Below, in pieces: positions 20,785 through 29,803 of a stretch of DNA of 64,000 bases. The notes below the pieces were generated by a model. It searched no databases, was not told the origin of the DNA, and saw nothing but the letters and a program-made list of their open reading frames with translations. Location: the IMG/VR virus record IMGVR_UViG_3300019927_000008, positions 2,888 through 66,887 of that record. The stretch is one strand, 5' to 3'. The position numbers and the translations under genes are program-made. Source of the stretch: a virus. Position 1 is the first letter of the stretch. Every line of letters starts with the position of its first letter.

Positions 20785-21107
20785 TGGCTGAAAAAAACAT
20801 TTTGGTAGTTCCGCAAGGCTACCAAGGTCCAATCGACCCCGTAGTTGATGAAGTAAGAACTGATCCTGAAGCAGAGTACCCTCATACAATTCAGGAGTAC
20901 GTGTCAGATGCAGGAGAAGGCGTTTTGGACCGGAATCTTGTTACAGAAAGCAAGGTTTCTGAAATCAACTCTGCTATCTTCGATTACGAAGAAGCAAAAT
21001 CTAACTCTGACACTCAAGGTCAACTCGATGCTCTTGAAATTGCCGTCTCTCACATGTGGGACGTAATCAGCGGCCAAGACATCGGTTCTGCCTCTGAAAC
21101 TCAATAA
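20784..21107 (+). CDS. Putative fibre/adhesin assembly chaperone
   Basis: Small gene coupled to the adhesin (TAATG). Confidence 0.35.
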   Translation: MAEKNILVVPQGYQGPIDPVVDEVRTDPEAEYPHTIQEYVSDAGEGVLDRNLVTESKVSEINSAIFDYEEAKSNSDTQGQLDALEIAVSHMWDVISGQDIGSASETQ

Positions 21108-21292
21108 TGGTCAAAGAAAACGACGACATGGTAGACACATCTCTCCCGTGGCTCTCTCACCTCACCTACCGAGAGTGGCACGCCTTCGTTGAGGGTGTCT
21201 ACTGCGGCGCAGAAGACGTAGAGCGCGAAGACTACAATCAAGAGAAGCACTACTGGCGTGTAGGCTATCTCATCGGAAAGAAACTACTCTGA
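21107..21292 (+). CDS. Small hypothetical protein
   Basis: Translationally coupled on both sides. Confidence 0.5.
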   Translation: MVKENDDMVDTSLPWLSHLTYREWHAFVEGVYCGAEDVEREDYNQEKHYWRVGYLIGKKLL

Positions 21293-21459
21293 TGTTCGGA
21301 ATCGACTTCATCACGAACGTAGCGATGAACAACCCCGTGGAAATCCTACTCTGGACCCACGGGTTCTTCGTGGCGCTGGCACTCCGCCGGGGTCGCATCA
21401 AAACGATCCTCGACAAGACACTCCCCGGACAGTCCGACAGCGAGAAGGGTGGGGATTGA
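21292..21459 (+). CDS. 55-aa membrane protein (holin-like candidate), not in ORF track
   Basis: TGATG coupling; MFGIDFITNVAMNNPVEILLWTHGFFVALALRRGRIK..., hydrophobic segment followed by basic residues. Confidence 0.5.
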   Translation: MFGIDFITNVAMNNPVEILLWTHGFFVALALRRGRIKTILDKTLPGQSDSEKGGD

Positions 21460-21572
21460 TGGGAGAGTACGTTCAATGCCCAAATCCTAATCAACCTGCC
21501 TGCTCCGGTGTGGTCTTCATGGGCGGTAGTTGTCCAGTCTGTCCAGAGTGCGGTTGGTCGAAGTGTGGATAG
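21459..21572 (+). CDS. 37-aa zinc-ribbon peptide, not in ORF track
   Basis: TGATG coupling; MGEYVQCPNPNQPACSGVVFMGGSCPVCPECGWSKCG. Confidence 0.5.
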   Translation: MGEYVQCPNPNQPACSGVVFMGGSCPVCPECGWSKCG

Positions 21573-21719
21573 CGGAAGAGCCGGGATTCGAACCCGGAAT
21601 CCGGAGTGTACGGGGACTTACTGAAAGAGCGATTAGATAGCACTCGATCATCAGCACTCCCTACTCCGATGAACTTCAGTTTAACCCGAAGCGCCTTTGT
21701 CCAATTTGGCTACTCATCC
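21573..21719 (-). ncRNA. tRNA-like RNA (147 nt) with about 76-nt variable region and 8-nt anticodon loop
   Basis: Acceptor GGATGAG/CTCTTCC, Leu/Ser-type D arm, anticodon stem CTTCG/TGAAG with loop GGTTAAAC, T arm CCGGG-TTCGAAT-CCCGG; promoter at 21725-21755. Confidence 0.8.
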
Positions 21720-21724
21720 TTGCT

Positions 21725-21755
21725 GAAGAAATATTCAGGGGGGAGTTAAGTCTTT
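21725..21755 (-). promoter_or_regulatory. Viral promoter for the tRNA-like RNA
   Basis: AAAGACTTAACTC-N-TTTCTTC, ending 5 nt before the RNA. Confidence 0.65.
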
Positions 21756-21759
21756 ATTA

Positions 21760-22581
21760 CTAACGGTGGAACGGACAGGCTGAATCAGATGAATCAATAT
21801 CTTCGGTTGATGGAATGTTTCGTGTTCCCGTTTTACTAACCCACATTTCATCTCGGTAAACAGATGAATGTGAAGTGATTTTGGTCTGTGTAGTTTCTTG
21901 ATCCATTTTTTCTTTTTCAGTCATGGATCGTACATTTGCATCTGTTATCATTGAATCTCTTTTAAACGGAATTACCTGAACGAGAGGAGTCCCGACATCT
22001 AAAACACCTCGCCATTCACCTCCAGTCCAGAGGAATGGGGCATTTATTGTATTGAAGTATTGGTCCACATCAACTACTCCCGAAAAGGTCTGGAACAATT
22101 GATTCTGTCGGTTCATCGGAGAGGTGATAATAGCCGAATACCCATCCGGTGCTTTTATCGACCAATAATTGAGGAACTTGTAAATAGACCAATCATCGAG
22201 CGGGAACGAGTCCCCTCCAATTTGATCTGGACTATGGGAATCAATGAGGTCTTTTTTAAACCCCCAATCAAATCGAACATTGCTATCTTCATCTGATTCC
22301 ACGTTTACTTCCCCGGCAAGTGGAATGATCCACCCCATCGTCATGGCTTCCATGAAAGGGGCGCAACGCTTTACAGAGGAATCTGATGCTCGGTTCTTAT
22401 CGAGTTTGCCTTCGAGTTTTTTGTACCATTCGGGCAATACCTTGTTTGCAGGTATTGGCTCAGGGATAGCACCATAGAGTTCCTTTGGACAGACAAACTC
22501 GATGATCTCATCATCACCAGAAAGGTGTTTGTAGCCCGACAGGTCTTTGACTCGATCAGTAACGCTGGAGAAATCAAGCAT
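21760..22581 (-). CDS. DUF6065-like protein (dUTPase-like fold)
   Basis: KRCAPFMEAM-GWIIP, YKFLNYWSIKAPDGYS, SGVVDVD and GTPLVQVIPFKR motifs recalled from this phage family; own promoter at 22586-22616. Confidence 0.55.
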   Translation of the reverse strand: MLDFSSVTDRVKDLSGYKHLSGDDEIIEFVCPKELYGAIPEPIPANKVLPEWYKKLEGKLDKNRASDSSVKRCAPFMEAMTMGWIIPLAGEVNVESDEDSNVRFDWGFKKDLIDSHSPDQIGGDSFPLDDWSIYKFLNYWSIKAPDGYSAIITSPMNRQNQLFQTFSGVVDVDQYFNTINAPFLWTGGEWRGVLDVGTPLVQVIPFKRDSMITDANVRSMTEKEKMDQETTQTKITSHSSVYRDEMWVSKTGTRNIPSTEDIDSSDSACPFHR

Positions 22582-22623
22582 GAATAAACAATCAAGCTCC
22601 GGAGAGTTAAGTCTTACGTAACG

Positions 22624-22878
22624 ATGACGAAATTACGTGCTGTACTTGGAATCGCAGACTTCTTTGTTCCCGCAGATGTTCTAAGTAGCGTTCTTCTCGT
22701 CTTCACGATGGAGAACATCCTCGATCAACTGTTTTCAACTTACGTTCCGGCTGGACTGCAAACCGAAGCGTGGGTAGCGATCTATCTAATTGGCGCGTTA
22801 GTGGTATCAGGATTTAATTACGCAACTGCTGGCGAAGAAGAGCTGGAAGAACTTAGCGACGACTTCGACGATCTATAG
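22624..22878 (+). CDS. Small membrane protein (2-3 TM segments)
   Basis: Hydrophobic segments followed by an acidic tail. Confidence 0.5.
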   Translation: MTKLRAVLGIADFFVPADVLSSVLLVFTMENILDQLFSTYVPAGLQTEAWVAIYLIGALVVSGFNYATAGEEELEELSDDFDDL

Positions 22879-23370
22879 ATTACACCGGGTGGGTTCGGGG
22901 CGGGAGTTTGGCTTCACAGCAATGGTTACTCGGTGATCGCGGCTTCGGCTTGTTCTCTGATCCTGCCAGCTTCAACTTTCTCTGTCGGCTGGCGGGACTC
23001 ATCCTTTTCGATACGTTCCATTTCGGACATTACAAACGCAACTTGCCGAGGCCCTAACTCCATAACTTCATATTCTTTTCCAGACACAAAAGCTTCACCC
23101 CGTTACCCCTTGGGTTAACCCCTGAGGGGTAGCGGGGCTTTTTTGCTTTCCCTGTGTTGACCCCGATATGTTGACCCCACACCCTTCTCGCTGTAGAACT
23201 TCTTTGAGGGACTTGGGAAGTCATCCTTATTCTAACTGAAGAAGGATATATACGACCATTCAAGGAAATGTCCCCGGCTCCTATCCTCGTCCCCTATACG
23301 ACCTGAACGAGGTTCGGCACGCAACCACCCGAAGATGGTCGCTTCCGTTTGCGGTGGGGTGTACTCAACC

Positions 23371-23401
23371 TAAGAAAAGAGTCTCCGCACCTTAAGTCTT
23401 A
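23371..23401 (-). promoter_or_regulatory. Viral promoter driving a non-coding structured region
   Basis: TAAGACT-N17-TTTCTTA. Confidence 0.65.
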
Positions 23402-23403
23402 CC

Positions 23404-24102
23404 TTATGGCGCTCGGAGACTGTTGTTGTTCAGTACGTCTTTGTACGCCGAGAAGGTCAGCGGGGACCAGTCCATCGCTTCCGAGACGACAGCCTTTGCG
23501 AAAGCTTGCGCCTCGGGTTGGGCCTTGGCGTTGTCGCGGAGATCGAGGAAGTGCATCAGGCTCCGAGCATTGGCCGAGAACGAGAGGTTGACCTTGGTCC
23601 CGAGCGGGAGGACGTAGCGGGCCTTCTGCGGCTCTACGCCCTTCTCTTCGACGAGGTGATCGTAGGCATCGAAGGCGGCCTTGTAGTGACTATCGAAGGT
23701 CGTTTCGGCAGAGTAGTGCAGATCGGCTTCGTTCTCGTCAGGGTTCATATCGGGAAGGGTCGCGGCGGCCTCGTCGAAGTCCACGTAGCGCATGGACTGC
23801 ACGTCCCAACTCATGTGACGGTGGCGCGTGATCTGACGCTCGACGACCACCGAAAGTCCCTCTACAGCGAAGAAGGCCTGCGGGTGTTCGAAGGGACCGA
23901 AGTGGCCTCGGTAGAGCAGGTCTTCGATTAGCGCCGGGAGGTCTTTGTCGGTTTCCTCCATGGCCTTCTCGAAGTCAGCCCCGGCGAGACTGTCGTTCAT
24001 GTAGTCTCCCCTCGCCGCCATCGCCGCTGTCTCGTCCGGGTTCTGCGTACTTCGGTCAGTCTTCAGTTCAACGGTGAAGCCGTAGGTGTCGTTTTCGTAC
24101 AT
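23404..24102 (-). CDS. thyX: Flavin-dependent thymidylate synthase
   Basis: ThyX signature RHRHMSWDVQSMRY and GHFGPFEH; start moved to the ATG at 24102 (TAATG coupling). Confidence 0.95.
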   Translation of the reverse strand: MYENDTYGFTVELKTDRSTQNPDETAAMAARGDYMNDSLAGADFEKAMEETDKDLPALIEDLLYRGHFGPFEHPQAFFAVEGLSVVVERQITRHRHMSWDVQSMRYVDFDEAAATLPDMNPDENEADLHYSAETTFDSHYKAAFDAYDHLVEEKGVEPQKARYVLPLGTKVNLSFSANARSLMHFLDLRDNAKAQPEAQAFAKAVVSEAMDWSPLTFSAYKDVLNNNSLRAP

Positions 24103-25143
24103 TAGTAGTCCTCGTGGATGATTGCTCGGTTGTAGTTCGGGGCGATGCAAATGCACTCAGAGTCGGAAATATTGAGTGTCATTCCAGCGCCAGTCCCGTA
24201 GTTAACTTCTCGCTTCACTTCTCTCGAACATTGCGGACAGGGTTTCGTTCCCATTACGCGAACAGGAGTCCGAGGATGAAGCCGACGACGAGCGAGACGA
24301 CGTGGAAAGTCTGTTCTGCGATGACGAAGGTTTCGTTCATGATTGGGTTTCTTCGAAGCTGTGTTCGTCGCAACGGTGCGCCTTGAACGTTCGACTGTGG
24401 GTTCGGTCCCACCAGTCGTCTCGTTCTTCAACTACGGTGTGGAAGCCGACTCTCGCAACGTGAGTAGCTTCGTTGCCGCAGTAGCAGTCTCTCCGGATCG
24501 AGAGGTCCGGTGGTAGATCGGAGTGGCGATCTTTGTAGTAGCTAACCGAGACGACGTTGTAGCGGTCGCACTCGATGTAGCTACCTTCACCGTGAACGTG
24601 ATCGGTCACTCTATGCTATTCCGAAATCGGTCGAACAGCTCCATCCAACCGTATTTCTCGACGAGCGGTTCCATCGGTTCTATTTTGTCCGTTTCGAAAG
24701 CGTGCATGAACTTCATCAGCTCTTTTTCCGAAAGGACATCTTCCTCTTCACCTTCGACTATCTTTTCAGCCGCTTCTTCGCTGAAGCCGATGGCTTTCAG
24801 TCGTTGGACTCTGACGCTAATGTCGCTCATGTGCTTGCCTCGCAGAACGGACAGATGAACGTTCCAACTGCGTTCTTCACGAAGAACATATCGTGTTCTT
24901 CGCAATACTTTTCGAGCATCTGATCTTCGTAGTTGCTTACGTCTACCATGAAATTTATTTGAATGTTTCCAGCGTAACCTGTCGTGAGTCTGGTTCGAAT
25001 TTCTTACACCGACCACCACAGGCCGGGCACTTCACATCCTCCGGGCCGTGAGAGTAGATGTGCGCTCGTTCTCCTCTCAACAAACTGGCGCTGAGGAAGA
25101 GAACGAGAAAGATGGTGAGCGCCATAAGGTAGAGAAGAGGCAT

Positions 25144-25560
25144 CTACATGAACGCCCCCAACTCTTCGTTGCCTCCGGAGAGGGTTGATGGGTTTTGCTC
25201 TCCGGCAATGTAATCATGGAGATTAACCCCGTGATCTAAGCTAATTTCTCTCCACTTGCAGTCTCGTTTTTTGCTTGGGCCTTCAGACTCTTCGGCTTCT
25301 GCCCTTAGATAATCTCCATCAAAGACAGTATATTTTTCATCGTCATTATTGTAGAAAATATAGTCTATTTTTGAAGGCATATCAACTACAAGTTTCGCTA
25401 TAAACGAAGCAAGATTATTGTAGGCGTACTCTTTCGCAACGAGAATGTACGGATTATCCATGAATTTTAATCCATAGCCAATAGTCCCGTACCCATCTTC
25501 GAATTTTCTAACTTGAGTAAACCCCATTTTGGTCAATTGTTTGCAGGCTTGATGTATCAT
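25144..25560 (-). CDS. Hypothetical protein, AT-rich, possibly nuclease-fold
   Basis: Clean ORF just downstream of PolB; atypical composition; no decisive motif. Confidence 0.4.
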   Translation of the reverse strand: MIHQACKQLTKMGFTQVRKFEDGYGTIGYGLKFMDNPYILVAKEYAYNNLASFIAKLVVDMPSKIDYIFYNNDDEKYTVFDGDYLRAEAEESEGPSKKRDCKWREISLDHGVNLHDYIAGEQNPSTLSGGNEELGAFM

Positions 25561-25561
25561 T

Positions 25562-28300
25562 TTACATGAACGCCTCCAGACCGCTTTGGCTTTGTGTCTG
25601 ACCCATCATCGCCGCCTTGGGTTCGACCCCGAAGGAGTCGAGGATGTCTTCCATCGGATTTTCGAGGCACTTTCTCTGCATCTCCTGAACGTCAACCCGA
25701 AGACCATCCTCGGGAAGGTCACGGTGGGAGTCGAAGGCGATCACGTCAACTTCCTCACCCTCAACGGTGAGGCCGGGTTTGACCTTCGCACGCTTCGGCT
25801 TGTCTCCTTTCGCAAACTCTACGTCGAGGAGGTGGTTGGCGAACCATGCCGCTCGCGGCGCTTCGCCCCGAGGATGGTCGCCGGTCTTCGACCACGAATA
25901 GTAGTCGTCCTTCCCGGCCTTCTCGCGGTCGATCTTCTGACCAAGACCCTGCGGGATTCCGATGTAGTCCCAATCAGGATCAGCGGCGTCGATGGAACAC
26001 GCCGCGTTGTGGACCGTCTCGACGACATCTTCTTTCGAAGCTCCACGAACGATCTGCTCAAGAGCCTGCTCCTGAGTCTCCTTCGTGAGCATCGAGAAGT
26101 TCGACTTCACGCATTGGTAGCCAGTCACGTCGAACTTGCCCTTTCCGTCAGCGACTTTCTGGTCGTGGTCGTCTCCCTCGTCCCACATCTTCAGGTAGGC
26201 GTAGTTCTTCTTCGAACCCGACATGAAGAACCGCTTGGCCCTCATCTCGACCTCGATCTCCCACCGATTGTCCGACCGTGGGATGTTGTAGTCATCGCAC
26301 AACGGCGGGTAGACTTCGTTGGTCAGATCATCACAGGAATCCTTGGCGTAGTCCAGAGTTTCCTCCTGTGACCAATCATCGGGGAACTGAACGTAATTTG
26401 AGTCCGTGTCCCCGTAGACCACTTTCACGCCATCTGCGGCCTGATTTCGGAAGTATTCCGCCGTGGCCTTGATAACGTCTTGGCCGGTGAGGGTGATCGC
26501 GGCGGCATCGTCCGGGTTGTAAAGCGGGGACCGCGCCCACCCCGAGTAGCCGTAGAAGCTGTTGTAGATCGTCTTCGTGACGTTGTAGGCTTCTGCGGCT
26601 TCGGCCCACTCAGAAGTACCGTAGGTCGCGGCGTTCCGCTCGGCCTTAAACTCGGCCTTCACTTCGTGGTACTCGTCCACAAGCTCTCGGATGATGCCGT
26701 CTACGTCGGTACGGAAGCATTGGCCGTTTGCGGCTTCCACGTAGTCCCACGAACCATCCTCCCGCTTCCCGACTTCTTCCATCATCGCCCACCACTCTTC
26801 GGAGCCTTTCTCTGCCTCGATCCGGGTGTCCGGAGAGGCGTTGAGCATCCATTGAGTCATGGGGTAGAGGCTGGCGAGGTCCACGCCACAGACGTTCCTC
26901 TTGACCCCGGAGAACGCACTCTCAACGTGAGCGCCTTCGTAGTTCACATCGTCACCGCCACTCTCCATCGCCTCGATGACGTGGGGATTATCGTAGGCGG
27001 TTATCATCGCAATGTCGTGTTCCCGGCACTTCCGGCGAACAGACATCTCGATGTACTCGTTGTTCTGATGGGTCCGACGCCAATCGACCCCCACCATGTC
27101 CTTCAGCCGCTTCTTGAAGCCGAGGACGTTCTCTTCTTCGTTGATCTCGACCGTGAGGCGTGTGTCCTTGACGTTGTAGTTCACGAAGCGTACCGGATCG
27201 TCTCGGTACATCTCGAAGTACCCCATATCGGGATGCTCGATCTTCGTGTCGTCCAGCTTCTCTTCCGCAACGTCGTCGAGTTTGAACGAACGAGGTTCGG
27301 TGAACTTCGTGTCACCCCACCCGTTCATCAGATCGTATAGCGCCCTTCCCTTTATCGAGGGGAGGAAGTCGTCACCACGGCGGTCGATCTCAACCTCTGA
27401 CTCCCGACTCAGACGCTCCGGAGAGCAACTGAGGTTCTTCATCCGCTGGATGATGTGCGGGATGTCGAAGCCGTCGTTAGCCTCGTCCCCGCTGTTCCAG
27501 CCAGAGATGATGTCGGGGTTGGACTCTCGGACCCACGCCGAGAAGGTGCGGAGCATCGCCTCTTCGCTCTGCTTCGTGACGAGCTTGTCCGGTTCGTCCA
27601 ACCCGAGGTCGGACAGGCCGAGCTTCCCGTCTTCCCACGCCGAACGAGCGATTTCAGGAAGGTCGAAGAAGTCCGGAATACTCTCGCCATCGAGATCGAG
27701 GAAAACGATCTGCTCCTGTTCGTAGGAGTCGTAGGCCGCGATGCTCAGTATCCTTGCCTCACCGGGGTCGGGGAACCCTGCATCTCGGTCGTCCGTCTCG
27801 ATGTCAAGAGTCAAGACGCGAGGAGTTACGTCTTTCACCTCAACAGGTTCGATCTCTTCTTTTTCGACCACGACATGACCGTCGCGTTCGGGCTTCGGGA
27901 CTCGAACGCCGGTCTTCACTCCGGAGTCAACACGGAACTGTTCGGTGAAGATCGCGTCGGCTCCCCACGTTCGATCAAACTCCTGACGGAGGTTGCGAAC
28001 CGAATGTGGATACTTGGCGATAACCTTCACCAAGTCTTCCGGAGAGTCGTCGAAGCGTTCAGAGAGCGGATCAGTCTCTACCTCTTGGTACTCGATCAGC
28101 TCTTCGTAGTCGGCAGGGCGCACCTTCTCGCGTTCTTCCGCTCGGGCGAGGAAGTACGGAGGGAAGTTCCGAACGGTGATCGTTCGGGTTTCGTGGTCGC
28201 GGGTTCGACCGTAGAGTCGGACAACTACTTCATCGTAGCGAGTGTCGCCGGGGTAGAGCGTTTCGGTCGTCGTGATGTAGACATCTTCTCTTTCAGTCAT
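25562..28300 (-). CDS. polB: Family B DNA polymerase with 3'-5' exonuclease
   Basis: ExoI DIETD, ExoII SGWNS...FD, polymerase motifs DLASLYP, KTIYNSFYG and YGDTDS; no intein. Confidence 0.97.
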   Translation of the reverse strand: MTEREDVYITTTETLYPGDTRYDEVVVRLYGRTRDHETRTITVRNFPPYFLARAEEREKVRPADYEELIEYQEVETDPLSERFDDSPEDLVKVIAKYPHSVRNLRQEFDRTWGADAIFTEQFRVDSGVKTGVRVPKPERDGHVVVEKEEIEPVEVKDVTPRVLTLDIETDDRDAGFPDPGEARILSIAAYDSYEQEQIVFLDLDGESIPDFFDLPEIARSAWEDGKLGLSDLGLDEPDKLVTKQSEEAMLRTFSAWVRESNPDIISGWNSGDEANDGFDIPHIIQRMKNLSCSPERLSRESEVEIDRRGDDFLPSIKGRALYDLMNGWGDTKFTEPRSFKLDDVAEEKLDDTKIEHPDMGYFEMYRDDPVRFVNYNVKDTRLTVEINEEENVLGFKKRLKDMVGVDWRRTHQNNEYIEMSVRRKCREHDIAMITAYDNPHVIEAMESGGDDVNYEGAHVESAFSGVKRNVCGVDLASLYPMTQWMLNASPDTRIEAEKGSEEWWAMMEEVGKREDGSWDYVEAANGQCFRTDVDGIIRELVDEYHEVKAEFKAERNAATYGTSEWAEAAEAYNVTKTIYNSFYGYSGWARSPLYNPDDAAAITLTGQDVIKATAEYFRNQAADGVKVVYGDTDSNYVQFPDDWSQEETLDYAKDSCDDLTNEVYPPLCDDYNIPRSDNRWEIEVEMRAKRFFMSGSKKNYAYLKMWDEGDDHDQKVADGKGKFDVTGYQCVKSNFSMLTKETQEQALEQIVRGASKEDVVETVHNAACSIDAADPDWDYIGIPQGLGQKIDREKAGKDDYYSWSKTGDHPRGEAPRAAWFANHLLDVEFAKGDKPKRAKVKPGLTVEGEEVDVIAFDSHRDLPEDGLRVDVQEMQRKCLENPMEDILDSFGVEPKAAMMGQTQSQSGLEAFM

Positions 28301-28498
28301 CGCCCATGTCTCCGATGATGAGGCCAGCGCCGTACTGGATCACACCGTTACGGACGATCCCACAGTCCCCACACTCGATTTTCCCGTTTCCTTGTTTTCG
28401 AGACACCCGAATCTCTGCTTGACCGTTGCACTCCGGACAGAGGACGATGGCGTCGAACTTTAGCGTCTCTTTCTGAGCGGCTACGTCTCCGAGCATGA

Positions 28499-28873
28499 TT
28501 AGTTTGAGATTTTGACCCGATCTTTGTCGAACGTCCGGAACGGGGCGGTGTCCATGTCCACTTCTGCGATGTACTGTTCTTCTCCATTTTCGGCAACGCG
28601 AACCTCGCGGTACTGCTCTTCGAAGTCTTCCGGCTTCAGCATCTTCACCGAATTTCCGACCAGAACCGCAAGCTCCGCATCTCCACTTTCGATCTGTTCT
28701 GCGTAGTCCATCGGAATCTTCACCGTGTTGTCATCGACGATGATTTCTTTCATCACGATGGTACTCTTGCCGAGTCGTTTGTTTCGACCTTCGAACCCAA
28801 CGACCATCGCGGGATCGAACGGCCAACTGATCGTCTTCCGCAGTTCCAGCAGGGGAGTGACTTGGGGGTACAT
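28499..28873 (-). CDS. Hypothetical protein
   Basis: Typical codon bias; preceded by a promoter (28951-28981) and a structured leader. Confidence 0.55.
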   Translation of the reverse strand: MYPQVTPLLELRKTISWPFDPAMVVGFEGRNKRLGKSTIVMKEIIVDDNTVKIPMDYAEQIESGDAELAVLVGNSVKMLKPEDFEEQYREVRVAENGEEQYIAEVDMDTAPFRTFDKDRVKISN

Positions 28874-28950
28874 GATTGATTGTTGTGTCCCGCCGCCACG
28901 GTGCGCTCACCGGGGGCGGTTTCGAGACACAGGAGGTAGGGCCTCCTTCT

Positions 28951-28981
28951 AAAGACTATACTCGCGTAGAGTTAAGTCTTA
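28951..28981 (-). promoter_or_regulatory. Bipartite viral promoter for the polymerase operon
   Basis: TAAGACT-N17-AGTCTTT; the TAA is the stop codon of the upstream kinase gene. Confidence 0.7.
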
Positions 28982-29803
28982 TCCTTCTATCACACCGGGC
29001 ATATTCTCGATTATTACCGACCCGAACGGTTCGTAGCTGACTGCATCGAATGGGAGGTTGTTGCTGATGATGTTGGTCAGGTTGATCTCCAACATCTGCT
29101 CTCCCGTACCGTTCTCTACCACGATGTCGATGTAGTCTCCATCAACAAGCTCACGGAAGCCGAGATTGTCGATCTCGTTCATGTCTCGCTCCGCGAGTTG
29201 CACCGGATTGAAGTTCTCTTCACCGTCGCGTCCGCGCTCTTGCACACGGTGAAGACGTTCGTAGAAGTTCGACTTCACTTCGAGGAGGTAGAAGTTATCG
29301 AAGTAGTCGTTGAGAACTTCGAAGTCGGTGACAGAACGAACGCCGTCGATGATGATGAGGTCGCTCTGGTTCGCTTTGTACTTGCCAACGCCACGGTAGT
29401 AGCGATCAGCCAACTCGACGACCTTCTCGGGGATTTCTTCGGGGGCATCGTCCCGCCACGACCCCGCGAAGTTACCGAGGTCTTCCGAAGTGTAGTTACC
29501 ACCTCGTTTCATTTCGTATTCCTCTCGGATTGCATCACCCATGCTCACGGTCGGAGCATCGTACACCTCGGAGAACATCTTCGAGACGTGCGTCTTTCCT
29601 GCACCGGGAAGGCCGCAGAGGGCAATTGCATCGGGCGCTGTGACCTGCTCTTCGAGTCGGTCGGCTACGGCTTTCCGCCGGTCAGTTGGCATCGGTGGGT
29701 TGTGACCGTTGAACGCTCCGGGGTCTTTCAGCAGATCGACCAGCTCTTCAACGGTGTCTCGGCGCAGTTCTATGTCAACGATCTCGGGGTTTGGTTCAGC
29801 CAT
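28979..29803 (-). CDS. P-loop nucleotide kinase (adenylate/dephospho-CoA kinase-like; likely dNMP kinase)
   Basis: GLPGAGKT, SMGDAIREE, IIIDGVRS and lid RGRDGE. Confidence 0.8.
   Translation of the reverse strand: MAEPNPEIVDIELRRDTVEELVDLLKDPGAFNGHNPPMPTDRRKAVADRLEEQVTAPDAIALCGLPGAGKTHVSKMFSEVYDAPTVSMGDAIREEYEMKRGGNYTSEDLGNFAGSWRDDAPEEIPEKVVELADRYYRGVGKYKANQSDLIIIDGVRSVTDFEVLNDYFDNFYLLEVKSNFYERLHRVQERGRDGEENFNPVQLAERDMNEIDNLGFRELVDGDYIDIVVENGTGEQMLEINLTNIISNNLPFDAVSYEPFGSVIIENMPGVIEG

Noticed and set aside
18386-21107. Diversity-generating retroelement or invertible tail-fibre switch
   Set aside because: No reverse transcriptase, no template/variable repeat pair and no invertase or inverted fibre copy seen.
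21600-21675. BHB-type intron in the long variable arm of the tRNA-like RNA
   Set aside because: The bulges around the GGGA/UCCC helix are not 3-nt and 3'-staggered, so strict BHB geometry could not be drawn.
21680-21695. Ochre-suppressor tRNA or genetic-code reassignment (UUA reading of the loop)
   Set aside because: The loop is 8 nt without a clear U-turn register, and core genes end normally in TAA, TAG and TGA.
25562-28300. Inteins in PolB, terminase, helicase or primase
   Set aside because: Lengths and motif spacing are normal; no C/S...HN-C/S/T splice signatures noticed.
28885-28935. Fourth hammerhead suggested by GAAAC followed by a stem
   Set aside because: No CUGANGA segment and no NUH triplet in the right place.
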